From Moniliella sp. 'wahieum' (taxonomy: Eukaryota): a DNA stretch of 64,000 nt. Below, piece after piece: positions 24,546 to 38,975 of this stretch (positions are counted from its first letter, which is position 1; the number at the start of each line of letters is the position of its first letter). The translations under genes were made by a program, and so were the position numbers. Below the pieces are notes generated by a model, which saw only the letters and a list, made by a program, of their open reading frames with translations, was not told the DNA's origin and ran no database searches. The stretch lies in contig RSEE01000015.1 of NCBI GenBank assembly GCA_003971905.1, forward strand, positions 124,001-188,000, given 5' to 3'.

Positions 24546-25736
24546 ATGTCGCCGTCGGAGGTGAAGGACGCAGCCTCTCTTGCGCAATCTCCATCCAATG
24601 AGGCCGATGCTCTTCAGTCAAGTCTGAATATGCCATCGGATGAAGGAAAACAGGAAGGGGAAGGAGAACACATCGACGTTGCATCCCAGGCCAACCTTGG
24701 GCATGGCATATCGTCCCCGTCCGCGTCCAGTGCCGATGTGGCATCGCTGGCATCGCTTCTAGAACGCACATTGAATGTCCTTGCCTCGCAGGAACGCGCA
24801 CAAGCTCAACGGGAGGCCGAGTACGTCCCCCGCCCGAGCGTGTACACTGCTTCCCAGTTGGACGACGATGAGCACGAGTCGCGCTCTCTTCAGCCACGTC
24901 GGCAGGAGGACCCTCGCGCCTTCCCTTTCCCGCGTCCTTCGGAACGCTGCTGCGCCCCCATCTTCATGGACTCCCTACCGCACCGGTGGCCGAGGGGGGG
25001 GCCAGACTCGGGGGCGATGACGCCAGGCACGCCCAGTATCGACCAAAATGGCCTCGGGTGGCCTGCGGCGCGGACCTTGGATCGCCTTAACTTCTCCCCG
25101 CAGCGGCAGCGGCTAACCAGGCGCGTCTGGCTGGCGCGGTGGCTACAATTTTGCAGTGCTTGGGCGAAGACCCTAGCCGTCCTGGGCTCAAAGAAACACC
25201 CGCCCGTTACGCCAAAGCCCTGCTATGGATGACGAGGGGCTACGAGACCAAGTTGGATGGTATGTTGGATGCCTTTGCTTTTGCTTTGAGTGAATTCTTA
25301 CCTTCGTTCGTGCAGATGTGATCAAGAACGCCATATTCAATGAGGAGCACGACGAGATGGTGATCGTCAAGGACATTACGATCTCGAGTCTGTGCGAGCA
25401 CCACCTTGTACCGTTTACCGGCAAGATCCACATTGGCTACATTCCCAACCGCCTTGTTATTGGTCTCTCGAAATTGGCGCGGATCGCAGAAGTCTTTTCG
25501 CGACGCCTGCAGGTGCAGGAGCGGCTGACGAAACAGGTAGCCCTGGCTCTCGATGAAGCTTTGGCACCCCAAGGTGTTGCAGTCGTGATGGAAGCCGAAC
25601 ACATGTGCATGTCTATGCGTGGCGTGCAAAAGCCAGGTTCACGGACAATCACGTCTTGCATGCGGGGGGTGTTCCATGACCGGGCCAAGACTCGGGAAGA
25701 GTTCTCTCCCTCATTGGGATGGGACGTCATGCTTAA
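24546..25736 (+). CDS. FOL2: GTP cyclohydrolase I; intron 25260-25315
   Basis: [67 protein letters not shown]. Confidence 0.95.
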
Positions 25737-26965
25737 CGTCTAGTTGATAACCCACATCCAAGTTCGTTTGCCACATTGGGGTCTTCCCATGCCTGGTACT
25801 TCGCCCCCTTTCTCTCTAGCGCCTGCTGCTTGCGCATCACATATGGACTCAACGCCCACCACCGTTTCCTGACATATCCCCACTCCTTGTTGTTCAACCC
25901 AATGTAATATCAACATGAACTAAATGGCGAGCGCCAGTCATTGCTGTTCGTGTGCAATCACATCTCTGCCACAATGAGGTCTGTCATGTAGGGCACCTGC
26001 GGTGGGTACAAGTTGAAGTTTTGGCGACATTTTGATGCGTTATTGACGACACGAACGAGACGGTCATCTCATTCGGAGCACATATCGACGGCTATTTGAC
26101 GCCGTTGATGTGGCGCAGAGTCTGCACCACCAACATCCTTGAACCGCGCATGGCCGGGACCGCGCCATTAGGCACCATCCTACCCCATATAATGCTGGTG
26201 GCGGCTACTTCAATCACCGTCTACCCTTAGAAGATGGCCTTCTGGCCCTTCCTGTGTCCCTACACACCCTTGTTCCGTCCCAGAACGCAGAGGGTTAGCG
26301 CCTTCATTCGTCTTCGAGACGTGCGTCCAGCCACCAACAACCGCTTTGGCAGTCCTAGCAGCTACCAGACGGAGTTTGCTTGTCAGGGACATCGTCCGCA
26401 TTTCCACACACATTCACAACCCGAGCCCCATCATCGCGATCGTATTACAAAACATTTATTGTTCCTATTCACCAATCTCACGGAGCCAGCCCTACCTCTG
26501 TTCCCCAAGGGGCATCTGAGGTGGAGGCTCTGCTCAATATCTACCTCCGCCACGATGAGCGTAGTGCCCTTAGTATCAGGAGAAAATGTAGGAGACAGCC
26601 CACACGTAATTGAGATTCCTAGGTGTAATTGAGATTCCAATGCGAAAGACTGGCAAAGAAACATTCAGGGCCGCGGGCAAAACCCCCAAAGATACACAGC
26701 CTACAGCGCAAGGTAGAGGACGGTAATAAATGGTGTATGAACGCCACATCAAGCAGATGATGAATTGTCAGCGAGCTCTCAGAGAGATTGGATAAACCGA
26801 CGGGACACATGACATGTACAACTCGAGGAAACAGAGGTAACAGGTAGATCAACTGGTCGAGATATTGACGTTAAAAGAAACAGGGGAGCCATCATATGTT
26901 GCCCATTTCGACAAGGGACTGGACAGACGCAATAAGTACAGCCTTCCGCTTGCGAAGTCCGACAT

Positions 26966-29549
26966 TCACTCGGATGGGGTAGCAGATTGAAGTAACTCGC
27001 CTTGTTGTCCCTCATTCCGCTCTACGGGGAGGAGAGCACCACTTGCGGCAAGGTACGTCCCTTCCCACGAGGCACGTGGGTTAGCCTCGGCCGTTATCTC
27101 CTGGGCTGAGCTCGGGCGGGGAACAAGTGGGGGAGGGGGAGGATCTTCCGCTTCAGTGTTGTTGCGAGCGAAGATGGGGAGGAGGACCCTGATGGAGGAG
27201 GGCGGGGACATTCTTGGGCCGAGGTTGAGCGGAGGGGAAGCTGGAGCGATGTTGTAAGAATTGAGGGAGTTGGAACAGGTGAAGGGTCCTTTGGAGAAGA
27301 GGACGGAGAGCTTGGCAGTGGATACCGTCGAAACCTGGGGTGGGTGAACTGGAAGCGAAACAGTGGACGGGTCGGTGGAGTTGGTCAGCTCGAGGGTTAA
27401 ACTTGAATTGACCTTATGCTCCGCATGGTCCGTATTCACACCAAGGGAAGAGGGGGCGTGTTGTTGCGTCCCATGGGTTCTCCTGGAGCTCGATTTTGGG
27501 TTTTCGGACATGCGCCGCACCAAGTCACTGGCCAGAGTAGGCTTTTGAAGCCACGGTGACCGAGCGTCGAGAGAGTGAGTATGTTTGTGTCCGTCTCCCT
27601 CTGGACGAGAGGGAGAAGCAGGGGATGAAAGCGCGCTGGTACTCGGTACAGGGGACAAGGCTGGTTCGGGAACTGAAGAAAGGGGGTCGAAGTCCCCTTC
27701 AGATCCTCAAAAATGGCTCCTCCAAAGACGATGAGGTCTTCCATCGTCCGGTCATGCTCCAGTCTTGCGAATACGTCGGCATCATCCACGTCGGGCGCTC
27801 CAAGGATGACGGGGCCTAGCACGACGGCCAAATTAGAAGCCGTCATCTTGTTCTTATCACTGTTTCCAGCAACCCGGGCAAGATGCTCAAGAATGATTGC
27901 AGCGTCACTTGATGGATGGGGGGTTGATTGCGAATCTTTTGACGCAGAAAGGGCCAGCCACTTCGCGTCTCTTCAATTCGCGACGCCGTATACGTCGACA
28001 TCATCTTGAGGGAGAGCGGAAGAAGAGGGTCAGGGAGTTCACGGAGATATCGCTTCAACAGACCCGCCACCGTCACCGGGTCGTCAGTGCCGGGGGAGAA
28101 TGTTAACGCCTTTTCATCTTTCTCTGCCTTCATGGCAAGATCGTCCAAAGCCGAACGCTTGGCGGAAGTGCGATAAATACCTTCCACATCCAGACCATAT
28201 TCATCGAGGTAGGCAACACATTTTTGCAGGAGAATGGTGGCTGCGAGGGCATATTGTGGCTCGATGCGTAGTCCATCAACTTGACTCCAAATAAGAGGTC
28301 GTTGACTACGCCATGCCAGCTAAATGAATAGGTCAGCATTTGATCCGCACGACGCAGAACATGGAGAGAAGGGGACGGAAACTTACTAGTTGATGTATGG
28401 CACGTGCGCTAGTTCAGGTTCTTTTTGAGTAGAAAACTGAGCCTGGACCAAGTTTACATCTTCTTGGATGTGAGGACAGTGAGGGGCAGCATTGTTGTCC
28501 GCTTTCGTGCGATACAAGACCAACTCGTCTGAAACGACCGGCTTTGCTTCTGGTTCGAGTCCCATGCCTTCACCAACCGAACCCCCATCTCATAACGCTG
28601 AGTGCAGCATTGGTCTTGGGCCAGCTTGATGAAGTGAACAAGTGAAAGGCGGAGCGTCTCAATATTGGTCACCATGTCGCGGTACTTGACGTCCAATTCT
28701 TCGACTTCGCGCTGGACCTTGGACTTTTTGCGCACAACGCCTCCATGTTAGCGGGATCATAGATGTACTCTGCAGTGTCTCTTGGTCTAAGAGCAAAGAG
28801 GGCTTTCTTTTTGGCAGCCTCCCGTGCAACATCCCAACCCTCCCGGATCTCCTTGTTACGGAAGGCATCGATCAACTTTGGGAGGGAACGATGCTGTTCG
28901 CCAGGCGAGGGGCACTCTGGCGGAGAGGTTTTGGTTTCATCATCATTACCAACGAGAGTTGTACTGATGGAGGCATCTTCCGTTGGAAGTGTTGGAGATG
29001 GGGGCGGCTTTTCCTCGGTGAGCTGTTGGCGCTGCTGGAGAATGTAGGTCTCTTGGCGCGCTAATTCGTCCAACTCTGAGCATTTCTTCCCGTACGCATT
29101 GCGCACAGAGGGGAGAAGTTTATCATGGGCATCTTCGTAGGACTTGCGACTGGAGTGCAGGCTGTTGCGTAGGTTTTCCAGTGCACGTTCCTGGCTCTTG
29201 CACCAAGCATCCAAGGGAGCAAGGCCTTCTTGGCGGACCAGTTGGACGCGGCGGCGGCGTGCATCCGCCTCGGCCTGGTCGGCCTCGCGATAGGCCAGCC
29301 ATGCTTGGCGGGTGTGGCCATCGAGCTGAGGCGTGGAAAGTCTCTTGGAGGAAAAACGGCGTGGACGGTCGCTGCCCGTGTCGGGGTCGGGGGGTCGGGG
29401 GGATGGGCGTCAATGATCTGCTGAAGGTCTGCGGCGTACCGCATCTCGGCGGCGAGGCGTGCGTCGAGGTAGGAATGGTAGAAGCGCGCCTGGCGGATGC
29501 CGGTATCGAAGGGGGCGAGCAGCGCGGCGGCGTCGTGCTCCGTGGCCAT
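26966..29549 (-). CDS. F-BAR (FCH) + RhoGAP protein, Rgd1-like
   Basis: N-terminal YLDARLAAEMRYAADL with coiled coils. RhoGAP motifs LFGVKL, EGIYRTS, VAGLLKRYLRELPDPL, MTASNLAVVLGP. Probable intron near 28320-28386. Confidence 0.88.
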
Positions 29550-29858
29550 GGCGGTTCAGGGAGAGCAGGCGATGGGAGGCGGCGGTGGTGGGCGAGACGA
29601 GATGGTGCACTGCCGGCGGGCGATCAGCAGCACGCATCGCGTCGTGGAGCATTGTAGACGATGATCGACATTTTGAACATTGAACGTGGAGCCTCCCAGC
29701 ATTGAACTGTTCAATTCTGCACTGAGCCGGCTGACGTCAGTCGCCCTGCCCTCCAGTCTCCACGTCGCCCTCCCCCGCGCCGCTCCAGCCACCCCGGCCG
29801 CCCCATCGGCCTTGGCGCCGGCACGCCCGCGCGTCCGCCCGCCGTCTTGGGCTCCACC

Positions 29859-31899
29859 ATGTCGCTGCGCGAAGCCCAGGTGGGCGCGCTTCTCGCCCCC
29901 TCAACGGCAACCGCCCAGTCTCCGACGCGCGCATCAAGGCTGTTGCCGGCGGAGATGGGAAGCCGCCTTCGCCCTGCTGGCCTCGACGCCGCCGCCGCCG
30001 CCCCGTCCTGGAAGGTCCTCGTGCTTGACAGCGCCGCCCAGGAAGTGGTCGCGCCCCTTATGACCGTCCAGGACCTGCGTCAGGCTGGCGTCACTCTCCA
30101 TCTTCAGCTTCATTCTGATCGCCCGCCGCTTCCCGACGTGCCGGCCGTTTACTTTGTCGCGCCTACCACCGCCAACTTTACTCGTATTGCCGAGGATCTC
30201 GCTCGGGCCGCCTACGAATCGATCCTTGTCAACTTATCTCGCCCCTCTCCGACGTGCAGCTGGATGAATTTGCCCATAGTTGCTGCCAAGTCGGATGGCG
30301 CAGGAGTAGAGCAGGTGTTCGACCAGTACCTCGACTTCGTGGTACTAGACAACTCCCTCTTTGAGCTGCTCCCTCCCCCACAAAAACGGAACACGTACGA
30401 AGTCCTTTATTCTTCCAGCGCCGGCGAGGAGGCGGTTCGCGCCGAAGCAAGTCGCATCGCTCATGGCCTCTTCAGCGTGCTAGCTACTCGAGAGGGGGGT
30501 GTTCCCATCATTCGCGCACCGGCGGGGAACGCTGCCGAGCTCGTGGCTCGTGAGCTGGATGAACTCCTACGCTCTCATCTCACCTCCACTCGGGGAGCTA
30601 GTGACCTCTTTTCCTCTGGATCTGGGGCCGAGGGTGGGTATCTCAGCGACCATTATTCTTGCTTTTGGATAGGGATGTGGACTTGGTCCCCATGCTTGCC
30701 CATAGTTGGACGTATCAAGCGCTGGTGGACGATGTCCTGGAGCTCCACTTGAACCGAGTCAGTGTTCCTGCCTCGGAGCAAGGGGGCAAGGCGAAGACAT
30801 ACGATCTGGATGGCAAGGACTTTTTTTGGACGAAAAATGTTGTCCAGCCGTTCCCTGAGGTTGCTGCCGACATTGACCAGGAGTTGAGCAAGTACAAGGC
30901 GGACGCGGCAGAGCTTACCCGCAAGACTGGCATCTCTCCGATGGACGATGTCAGTTCGCTTGAGGGAAACAATGCTCTCCACTTGAAAGCAGCCATCACT
31001 GCCCTTCCGGCACTCACCGCGCGCAAGACGGTGCTGGACGCTCATATGAATATTGCCACCGCCTTACTGCAAGGCATCCGTGACCGAGGGTGGACGAGTT
31101 GTTCCAAATCGAGGAAGGCATCCGCAACGTACCTCAAAAGACTGTGCTCGATGCTATCCAAACACTGCCTGGTCCGGAGCGGCCCAAGACAAGCTCCGTC
31201 TCTTTTTGATATTCTATCTCTCCAGCCCCGTCGACTTGACGCCACCGAGCTCAAGACGTTCGAAGATGCCTTGACCGCGGCTGGAGCGGATTTGGCTGCA
31301 CTGCGTTATGTTCAAAGGTGCATACTCTTCCCCCACCCCTCATTTGTTACTCTCTGATCACTCTCTGACACTTGCCTCTCATCAGCATTCGCCAAACAGC
31401 TCGGATGATGTCGTTGGCCTCGGCACCAGCACCTCCCTCGACTCAAGGGAAAGATCTGTTCAAGGGGTTCGGTGCACTGGGCAGGACGCTAGGGGAGCGA
31501 CTGAAAGATTCTGGATTCGAAAACCTAGTTGCGGGCGTGAAGAATTTCCTCCCGGCCCAGAAGGACGAGACGGTGACGCGATTGGTCAAGGCGCTGATGG
31601 AACCTGCGCATGCGTCGGCCCAAGCCCGTACCGAGTCGGACAAGTACCTCTACCTCGACCCCAAACGGCGTGTGGTGGCTGATACTTCGATGCCTGCTAC
31701 TTCCGCGGGCCACAATGACGCAGTTGTGTTTGTCGTCGGTGGGGGGAGCTATGTCGAGTACGCCAACTTGCGCGAGTACGAGCAGCGGACGTCTTCTGCC
31801 CAGGGAGGTGTGCCCAAGAAGATCACCTATGGGGCGACGGAGATTGTCTCGCCCAAGGAATTCTGCTCTGTCCTGGCGCGGCTGGCACAGAAGAATTAG
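29859..31899 (+). CDS. SLY1: Sec1/Munc18-family protein Sly1; intron 31318-31385
   Basis: [90 protein letters not shown]. Confidence 0.95.
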
Positions 31900-32636
31900 A
31901 TCCTTGGAATCACTATCTACGGGAGCGATGGCCCTTTTCAGAGGCGTCACAGGGCAGCGAGTTTGATCTGACTACTACAAAGCAGATGCGAGGAGCAAAA
32001 ACAGCGAAATCCGTAGAAGATACATCGATTTGAGGTCGTATGGGAGGACGTGACGCATACAAAAGTCTTCTCGTGGCAACAGTGTGAAAGGAGTAAGGAG
32101 AGAGTACCCCAAAGGTTGCTCTCACTTTTAAGTATGCACGGCTGGAGTCAGGTCCTCGGCAGGTCCATCACAAGTGAAAGCTGATACAGTAGTCAAGATG
32201 GTGATCGAAGAGAGAATGGGGTTCGTGTACCGGTTCAATGGAAGGCAGGGATCTTCGTATGTGGGGGGTATAGATGACGTATGGGCAGGGAGCGGGTGGG
32301 ACAAGATGAGGGGAACCATCAAAATGACGAAAAGGATCGGATGTAGGGAAGGGTAAGAAAAAAAGACCGTGCTTGCCACACCCTATATCGCCACCAGAGG
32401 GACGTATACTAGTGGAAACAGCAAGGTGAGCAGTAGTGCACCGTAAGTATGGGCACGGGCACCAAGGTGTGAATACAACACTTTGATTTCAAGGTGTTGA
32501 ATACAACACTTTGATTTTGAGGTGCGACAAGGTAAATCCAAAGGCAACAGGGTGGCTGATAGTGAGAGAGAGGATGGTGTATCCACGGCTTTTTCAAGCT
32601 TCACCCACAGGCAAGGGAGCAAACAAATGAAAATCA

Positions 32637-35600
32637 TCAGGCTCTATTAACCTGTTTGGAGTCGAGGAGGGGGAGCATATGTTCGGCGCTGCAAGCGAGG
32701 CGCACGAACGGGTGGTTTGTACACTCCGTGGCTGTAGCACGAGCATTCGCGTCCACCGTGAGACAAGCTGCCAAAAAATCCTTCAGCAAAGGGCTGCACC
32801 ACTCTGGATGACGAAGCAGCGGTGTGCCTTGGGTAGCAATGAGAAAGATGGCCTTAAGAGGGTCCTCATCCAAGTAAGGCCTGCAAAAATCAGGGCAAAT
32901 GGTCAATTCAAAACATCCACAGGTACTGGGGACAGGTGAGAGAGAAAGATTAGGTCACGTACGGTTCCCCTTGCAGCATCTCAATTGTCATGATTCCCAA
33001 CCCCCAGATATCAACCTCGGGTCCGTACAAGCGCTGCTTGACTACCTCTGGAGCCATCCAATAAGGTGTTCCAACCATGGTCTCCCGCCTTTGCCGCGAT
33101 GGGGTGAGAGTTGCACAGTAACCAAAGTCGGTAATCTTGACCTCACCCCGCTGGGACAGCAGCACATTGTCGGACTTGATGTCGCGATGAATCACACCGC
33201 CAGCGTGAAGATGGGCCAAGCCGCGGGCCGTCTCGCGGCACACATAAGCCATCTGCTCCTCGGAGAGCTCGTGGGCATCAATAACCTCGGTCAAAGCCCC
33301 ACCGTCCATGAACTCCATCACAACCCAAAGGCACCAGGCCTCCCTACCATCCAAGTTGGTGTTGGTGTTCGCCTTGTGTTCGAATTGGTGTTGGAGATGG
33401 AACCAATTGCGTTATTCGTTGCTTTTTTCGGATCGTCCGCGCTAGGAGTCGAGGTTAGGTGGGCCGCAACAAACTTGACCACATTCGGGTGTGCGGCAGC
33501 CCGAAGCACCATCAGTTCACTTAGAACCAAGTGAGGCGTTGCTGCTTGGCCAAAGGCATGGACTTGATGGCAACTTTCTGACCTGTTTTAGTCTGCGCGC
33601 GGAACACAGCTCCCGAAGCGCCTTGTCCCACCTTGCGGAAGGAAGAGTAGATTGTTTCCGGTGGTTGTGGTGAGGTCATGCGCTGCAGCAAATGGACCAC
33701 TTGGGCCTCGCTTATCCCTACCTCGTGGCGACGGCGAGGCGAATCGTACCGCTGCCATCCCTGGGTAGGTGGAGGATGGGGCACAGTAGCTTTGGAACGC
33801 ACTACCGATCCACTGGGAAACGGGCGGGAAGACTGGGGCGTAAGAGAGGAGGGAAATGAAGGTGCGAGGGCGAGATCAGGCGCATTAGTGCTCGATTTGG
33901 GCTGAGGATTCTTGGCCACTACGGCTGCCGCCGTGGTTGCCGCCGTGGTTGCCGCCGTGGTTGCCGCCGTGGTTGCCGCTGTGGGCTTGGTCGAGTTCGA
34001 CCCCTTTAGCGCATTCGTGCGGCTCCTTTGAGTGGGAAGTGCTACACCTTTCTGAACGGGGATTGCGGGTTTGCCACTAGGAGTCGCAGAAGTTGGTACA
34101 GGAGGTGCGGGACGGTGAGAAATGAGCCCGTAAGGGGGGCGGCTGGGGAGCTTGCGACGGAATGCAGAGCTAACTTGGTATGATCTTTCGCTGCAATGGT
34201 ATTTTGACCTTGCGCTGATACAGACCGCTTCAAACCCGGGACCAGGGCAGGGACAGTCTTGGTGGTGGCTGCTGATGAAGAGCTAGTGGTTGATGGCCAG
34301 ACAGCCCCCGCGCTCATAGAAGGGACGTGATGGGCCCGTCGGAACTGGGATTGGGGAAAAGGGGTAGCCTCCTTTGCTGATAATATAATGCCTTCACCGT
34401 GGTAGGAGGACGACGAACGTGGCATGGAACTACGGTCGAAAGACCATTTACCAGAGGAAGGGCCGTTGAACGCAGGAGGGGATAGTCGTTTGGCTTCTTT
34501 GGCTGATTTGGGAGTAGGTTTGATCGACCGATGGAGGAGGAATGATAAGCTCCTCGTTAGAGGAGAGGGGCTAGTAGGGGAGCTAGGCCCACTTGGTGAA
34601 GGAGAGAAACTGGGGGCGCTGGATGTTGTTCCAGGTGATGTACAGAAAGTCAAAGGTGACTCTGATCCAATCAGAGCAGGAGAGGCACTGCTACTTGTGT
34701 TTTGGGCTGCGAATAGTGCTGAATGACTAATAGGAGGAGCAGTTCCACCAGTCGAGTCGGACGCCTGGCGTGGTGGTGACTTGAATCCCGAACTGATTAG
34801 GTGAACGCTCGACCAAGACAGCTGTGAGAATTTTTCGCCCATGACGCCGACGGTCGATGGGAGGATGTGGGTGTGTGGATGGAAGGTGGTGATGCAACCA
34901 CAGCTGATGTGGGGTACTGGTGCGGAGGGGTACATGGCGAGGGGCGAGCTTGAAGCACGCTGTTGGTCGTTTCATGGTCTCCTTGTGCAGGCCCTTCTAC
35001 AGAAGGTACACTTGTTAGCAAACTGCTTTTGCTACTGGTACGAACCGCAGGGCTCTCAACTGAAGAGCCGGCTTCATTGTGCCCGGTGGAGGTTGGGGGA
35101 GTAGATGGTTCAAGCAGCTGAGAGTTCTTCGGTGCAGTAGTTGAAGAAGTGGACGTGGAGGGTGGCTCGGCAGTGGAGGGCGACTCGGTAGTGGAGGGTG
35201 GCTCAGCAGTGCATCGTTTGATAGTGGATGCTGCGCATGAGATAGTGGCTGAGGTTTCCGATACCGGCAAAGGAGATGCAGTAGCCGGGGATTGCGATGA
35301 CACTACAGGAGTGCCTGAAGACGGTTGAGTATGGTGCAGTTCGGGGGATTGACCTTCCCCATCACACAGATAAAAGTCGATTGCAGCCAAGACCTCCATG
35401 GGGTGTTTTTGCGACTCGGCGGCCGTGATACTTGAATTAGACAAGAGCAACTTCCACTCAGGCGGGAGGCCGGTGAAAGTGCCTGTCGTGGCATCGTATC
35501 CGACATGGACGTTGTGACGAAAGCCCGTGGGTAAACTCACTTCGCTTACACCACCTTCAGCCAAGGCTGGACGAAGTCCGCCCACAGCACGAGCGGCCGA

Positions 35601-36046
35601 TGAAATGGCATCGATCCAGCCGTACGCGTCTTCGTCGGTTCGGACTTGGAGATTGAGAATTTTGTCTTGGTCGTCTTGGAGTTGGAGACAGTACGGCTTA
35701 AGATCGACACGGCCCACAGAGGATAAGCTTCTGAGGGGGATCTGGTGGGAGGGTACCGCGGAAGTCTTCAGCAACGAAAAAGGCCAGGCGAGTCAGTATA
35801 AAGCCTTATATATAGATGATCTGGATACAACAGCAGAAGGTGTCATGGTACTCACCTCGTTCTTGTACAACTCCAAGGTGGTTGGCGTGAGCACAGCCCA
35901 CTTATTCGTCCATATCCAGGTGCGGCGAGACTCGTCCTTGATGCTCACACCTCCGCGACGGAGGGGCGGGTGGTTGGTGGTGGGTGGGGGGGTGGATGGA
36001 CTGGACCCGGCGGCGGAATGGAGCACGGTGGTCGGGGGGACGACAT
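32637..36046 (-). CDS. Cla4-type PAK kinase (PH + CRIB + kinase); introns 35766-35855 and 32881-32962
   Basis: PH segment [10 protein letters not shown]...[25 protein letters not shown]. Kinase motifs [45 protein letters not shown]. Start codon approximate. Confidence 0.9.
33927..33980. repeat. 12-bp tandem repeat (gccgccgtggtt) x4 inside the PAK linker
   Basis: Directly visible; encodes Thr/Ala repeats on the minus strand. Confidence 0.85.
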
Positions 36047-38975
36047 GCGTGCAGAGGGGGGCGGGCAAGAGAGAATGGGGCGGGGACAGGAAGCAGGGGT
36101 GCGATGGATCAGGCAGGGGTAGTGGTTTGGTGGTGGTGCACAGGAGAGGAAGAACACGAGGGAAAAGTGCGAGTTCTGATCCTCTGAATGGCGCTGGACA
36201 GTCCAAATTGGAGAAGAATCGTACTGACGCGACACTGGGGCCGTGCTCGTTATATACACGCGTTGGAATTCACGCCCTTTCCCCCGCAGCCTACACTCCG
36301 CCCTGCGCCGCCGTGCCTGCGCCGCAAGCTATGTCCGCCTGGCACCATGCCAGTGTTGTCCTACGCATCCTCCCCGCCGGCAGAGCAGGAGTGTGTCTGG
36401 GTGACCAATGGCTAATGACTGCCCCCCTGTGTGGCTGCGGCTTTGCTTCTGGGTGAGCGATGATCGATTCTGATTGAGCCCCAGGGGCTTTTCTGGACAA
36501 GACTCGGTACCATAGCAGTGTTGCTATCATAGGAGCGTTGCAGCCGGTATATGATAGGAGGGGCGGCTGGGGGAGCGCAGCGCCCTCGGCCGACATTTTC
36601 TCACCTGGTGCTTCCAAATCCCATCCGCCGCCATATGGGCGTCACCCCCGTTCTTTGCCCCACACACCTAATACTGTTACACCGGTCGCGACAAGCTTCA
36701 AGTTTATGGGTTATGCCCCCGTATGATGGCACGCCAGCCCCCCCAAAACAACACACGTATGACAATCACGCATGTGTATTGGTACACACTGAGAGCCACA
36801 CAGCTGTAGCGGGTTTATGTCCTTTTTTATAGCTTTTTGCATGGCCCCAGTCGAAGCTCAGCCTGAGCGCTCACCGGCAATAAACGGCGCTAAACACGCT
36901 AACACATATCGAGCCCTCGAAAGAAGAAGACCACGATGACTGTGTCCTTAATTCACCGTTCGGTATATCCATAAAAAACCTTCCACATCCGGCTGAAGCG
37001 GCCTCACCGGTCACCGGCCTGAGGCCTGAAGCTAGCATCGATCAGCCTGAGAGACCCCGACAACGGGAATGTCCAGATTAAATAGCCAGCACTGGGCACC
37101 CCACAACTCATTCTGTGTACAGCAAAACACCCTTGCCTTTCTAACTCTATCACCAAGATCATCAAGGTGAGTCAGCGCCGTCGATCTTCATCAGCTTCAT
37201 CATCCATTCACCCGTATATCTCTCTCAAAAGCATTTAGCTGGCGGACCTTGAGCGTTTTTGCTGTGTGTATATATAGCTTGCGTGCCATTGATGTAATTG
37301 GCGGAAATCCACCTACGTGATGGACTTTCTCCTCTGAGGCCTGAGGCCTGACATGCAATCGGTCTTTGGCTGGAAGAACGGGAAAAGAACAGGATGACAT
37401 GGACAAAACTCTTCAAGAACCGCGGGGAAACAAGAACAGGATGACATTGGCTACTATTGGTGTTTCTCTCCGTGTCACGCACCTGTCACGTCTTTGTCTT
37501 CGCAATCTCATATCTCTGCTATTCACACGCATATCACATGTCATAAAAGCATGCATTAGCTTCAATGGGCACATAGGTACTATGAGTAGGGTCAAAAAAG
37601 TCAGAGATCTGTTGCACTGTATTATCTGTGCGCAGAAGCCGCAAGGAGAAAGAGAAACGAAGACGCGTGTGATCCATGTGATCATCAGGTGTATTGGGAG
37701 CTACCCTGGGACAAAACTGTAGTGGAAAAGAACATATACAGGCCCCGGTGATCCGGTGATTGGAAGTCGAACCCACACACAGGCTCGCCTGTAAAGCATT
37801 ATACATGTGTAACTCTTCGCATATAGCGACTAGATTGATCACGGACGCCTCTAAGGACGATTCTATACCAACTATGAGTATACGTAGTGGCGATGCATAA
37901 GTGGCTTGAAAAGCCGGCGACACTGCCAATTGAGGTTCATTGAGTCCCAAACCCAGTTCTTGTTGACCATTATTAGGTTTGCCCCCCAAAGCGCATATAA
38001 AAGGTCATGACCAGTTGCCCAACTCATTACATGTAGTTACAGGTCTCTCAGAGCTCAGGTCCCCAAGCGGACTTACAACTATATAACTACACATCGATCT
38101 CTCATCCCACTTTTGAGTAATCGCCGATTCTCAGAACACTGGCCGCGATATGTATCCAAAGAAGATATCGGTGTGGGCTACTGTTGTTCTATTATCAGAC
38201 AATACCTTTTCTCTGTCAGGACATTTCGATGATCAAGGCCTTTCAATCAATTTTGCGGTGCTACTGGCTTACTAGCTTTTCCGCCCCCAGTTTCCCTATA
38301 GCAGAGGGTAAGCATGTAGCACCGCTCGTAAAAGGGGTACTCTTACGCCTGACATCAGAGATGTGAACGCGAACGTTGAATGGACAGTGAGGGGTGAGGT
38401 GAGTCTTTGCTCTTTTGATGAGGGGAGGATCGCAGATCTCGTTTTTCCCTTTTGCATCCACTCGTTTGTTTGGCCACTCCTTTTTATATGTCCTGCCTCT
38501 ATTGCCCGTGACCCATGTTCTCTGCCCCTAACGGAGGAGTTTCGCCTTCGTTGTGGACGCTGGACGTATACAGCGAAAATAGCGACTGCGTGGCTGCCGA
38601 CGAAAGACCGTAAGACACTTCGCTTATTGGCTCGGCTTCTCTGCACGTGCTGGCTGCCGCCGGTAACCCTAGCAGGCGTTGGCTTGGCTGCTGCCTCCGT
38701 GCCCCCAGTTTCATGCGCATCACCCGTCGCCCAGCACTCATGCATTCGTTGCCCGCCACCGCTCCCCCAGTGCTCCCACTGGGGACATGGGACTTGGTTT
38801 GGCGTGCGAGGCGAACGTTCGCTTGTTCCTCCTCCAGACAGGATCCAATAACTTCTCACCCACTTCCCCACGTTTGCGCGCCGTTTGTCACCGTCTCATC
38901 GATCTCTCATCCCTCTCCGCCGCATCTCTCACCACCTGCTCCCGCGCGCGCTCCTGCCGCTGCTCCCACCCTACC

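Noticed and set aside
25900..26800. Possible small gene between FOL2 and the RhoGAP gene
   Set aside because: Only short ORFs with no recognisable motif; cannot be supported.
37100..38400. Lower-GC stretch as a decayed transposon or horizontal transfer
   Set aside because: No transposase, RT or other motifs and no termini recognised.
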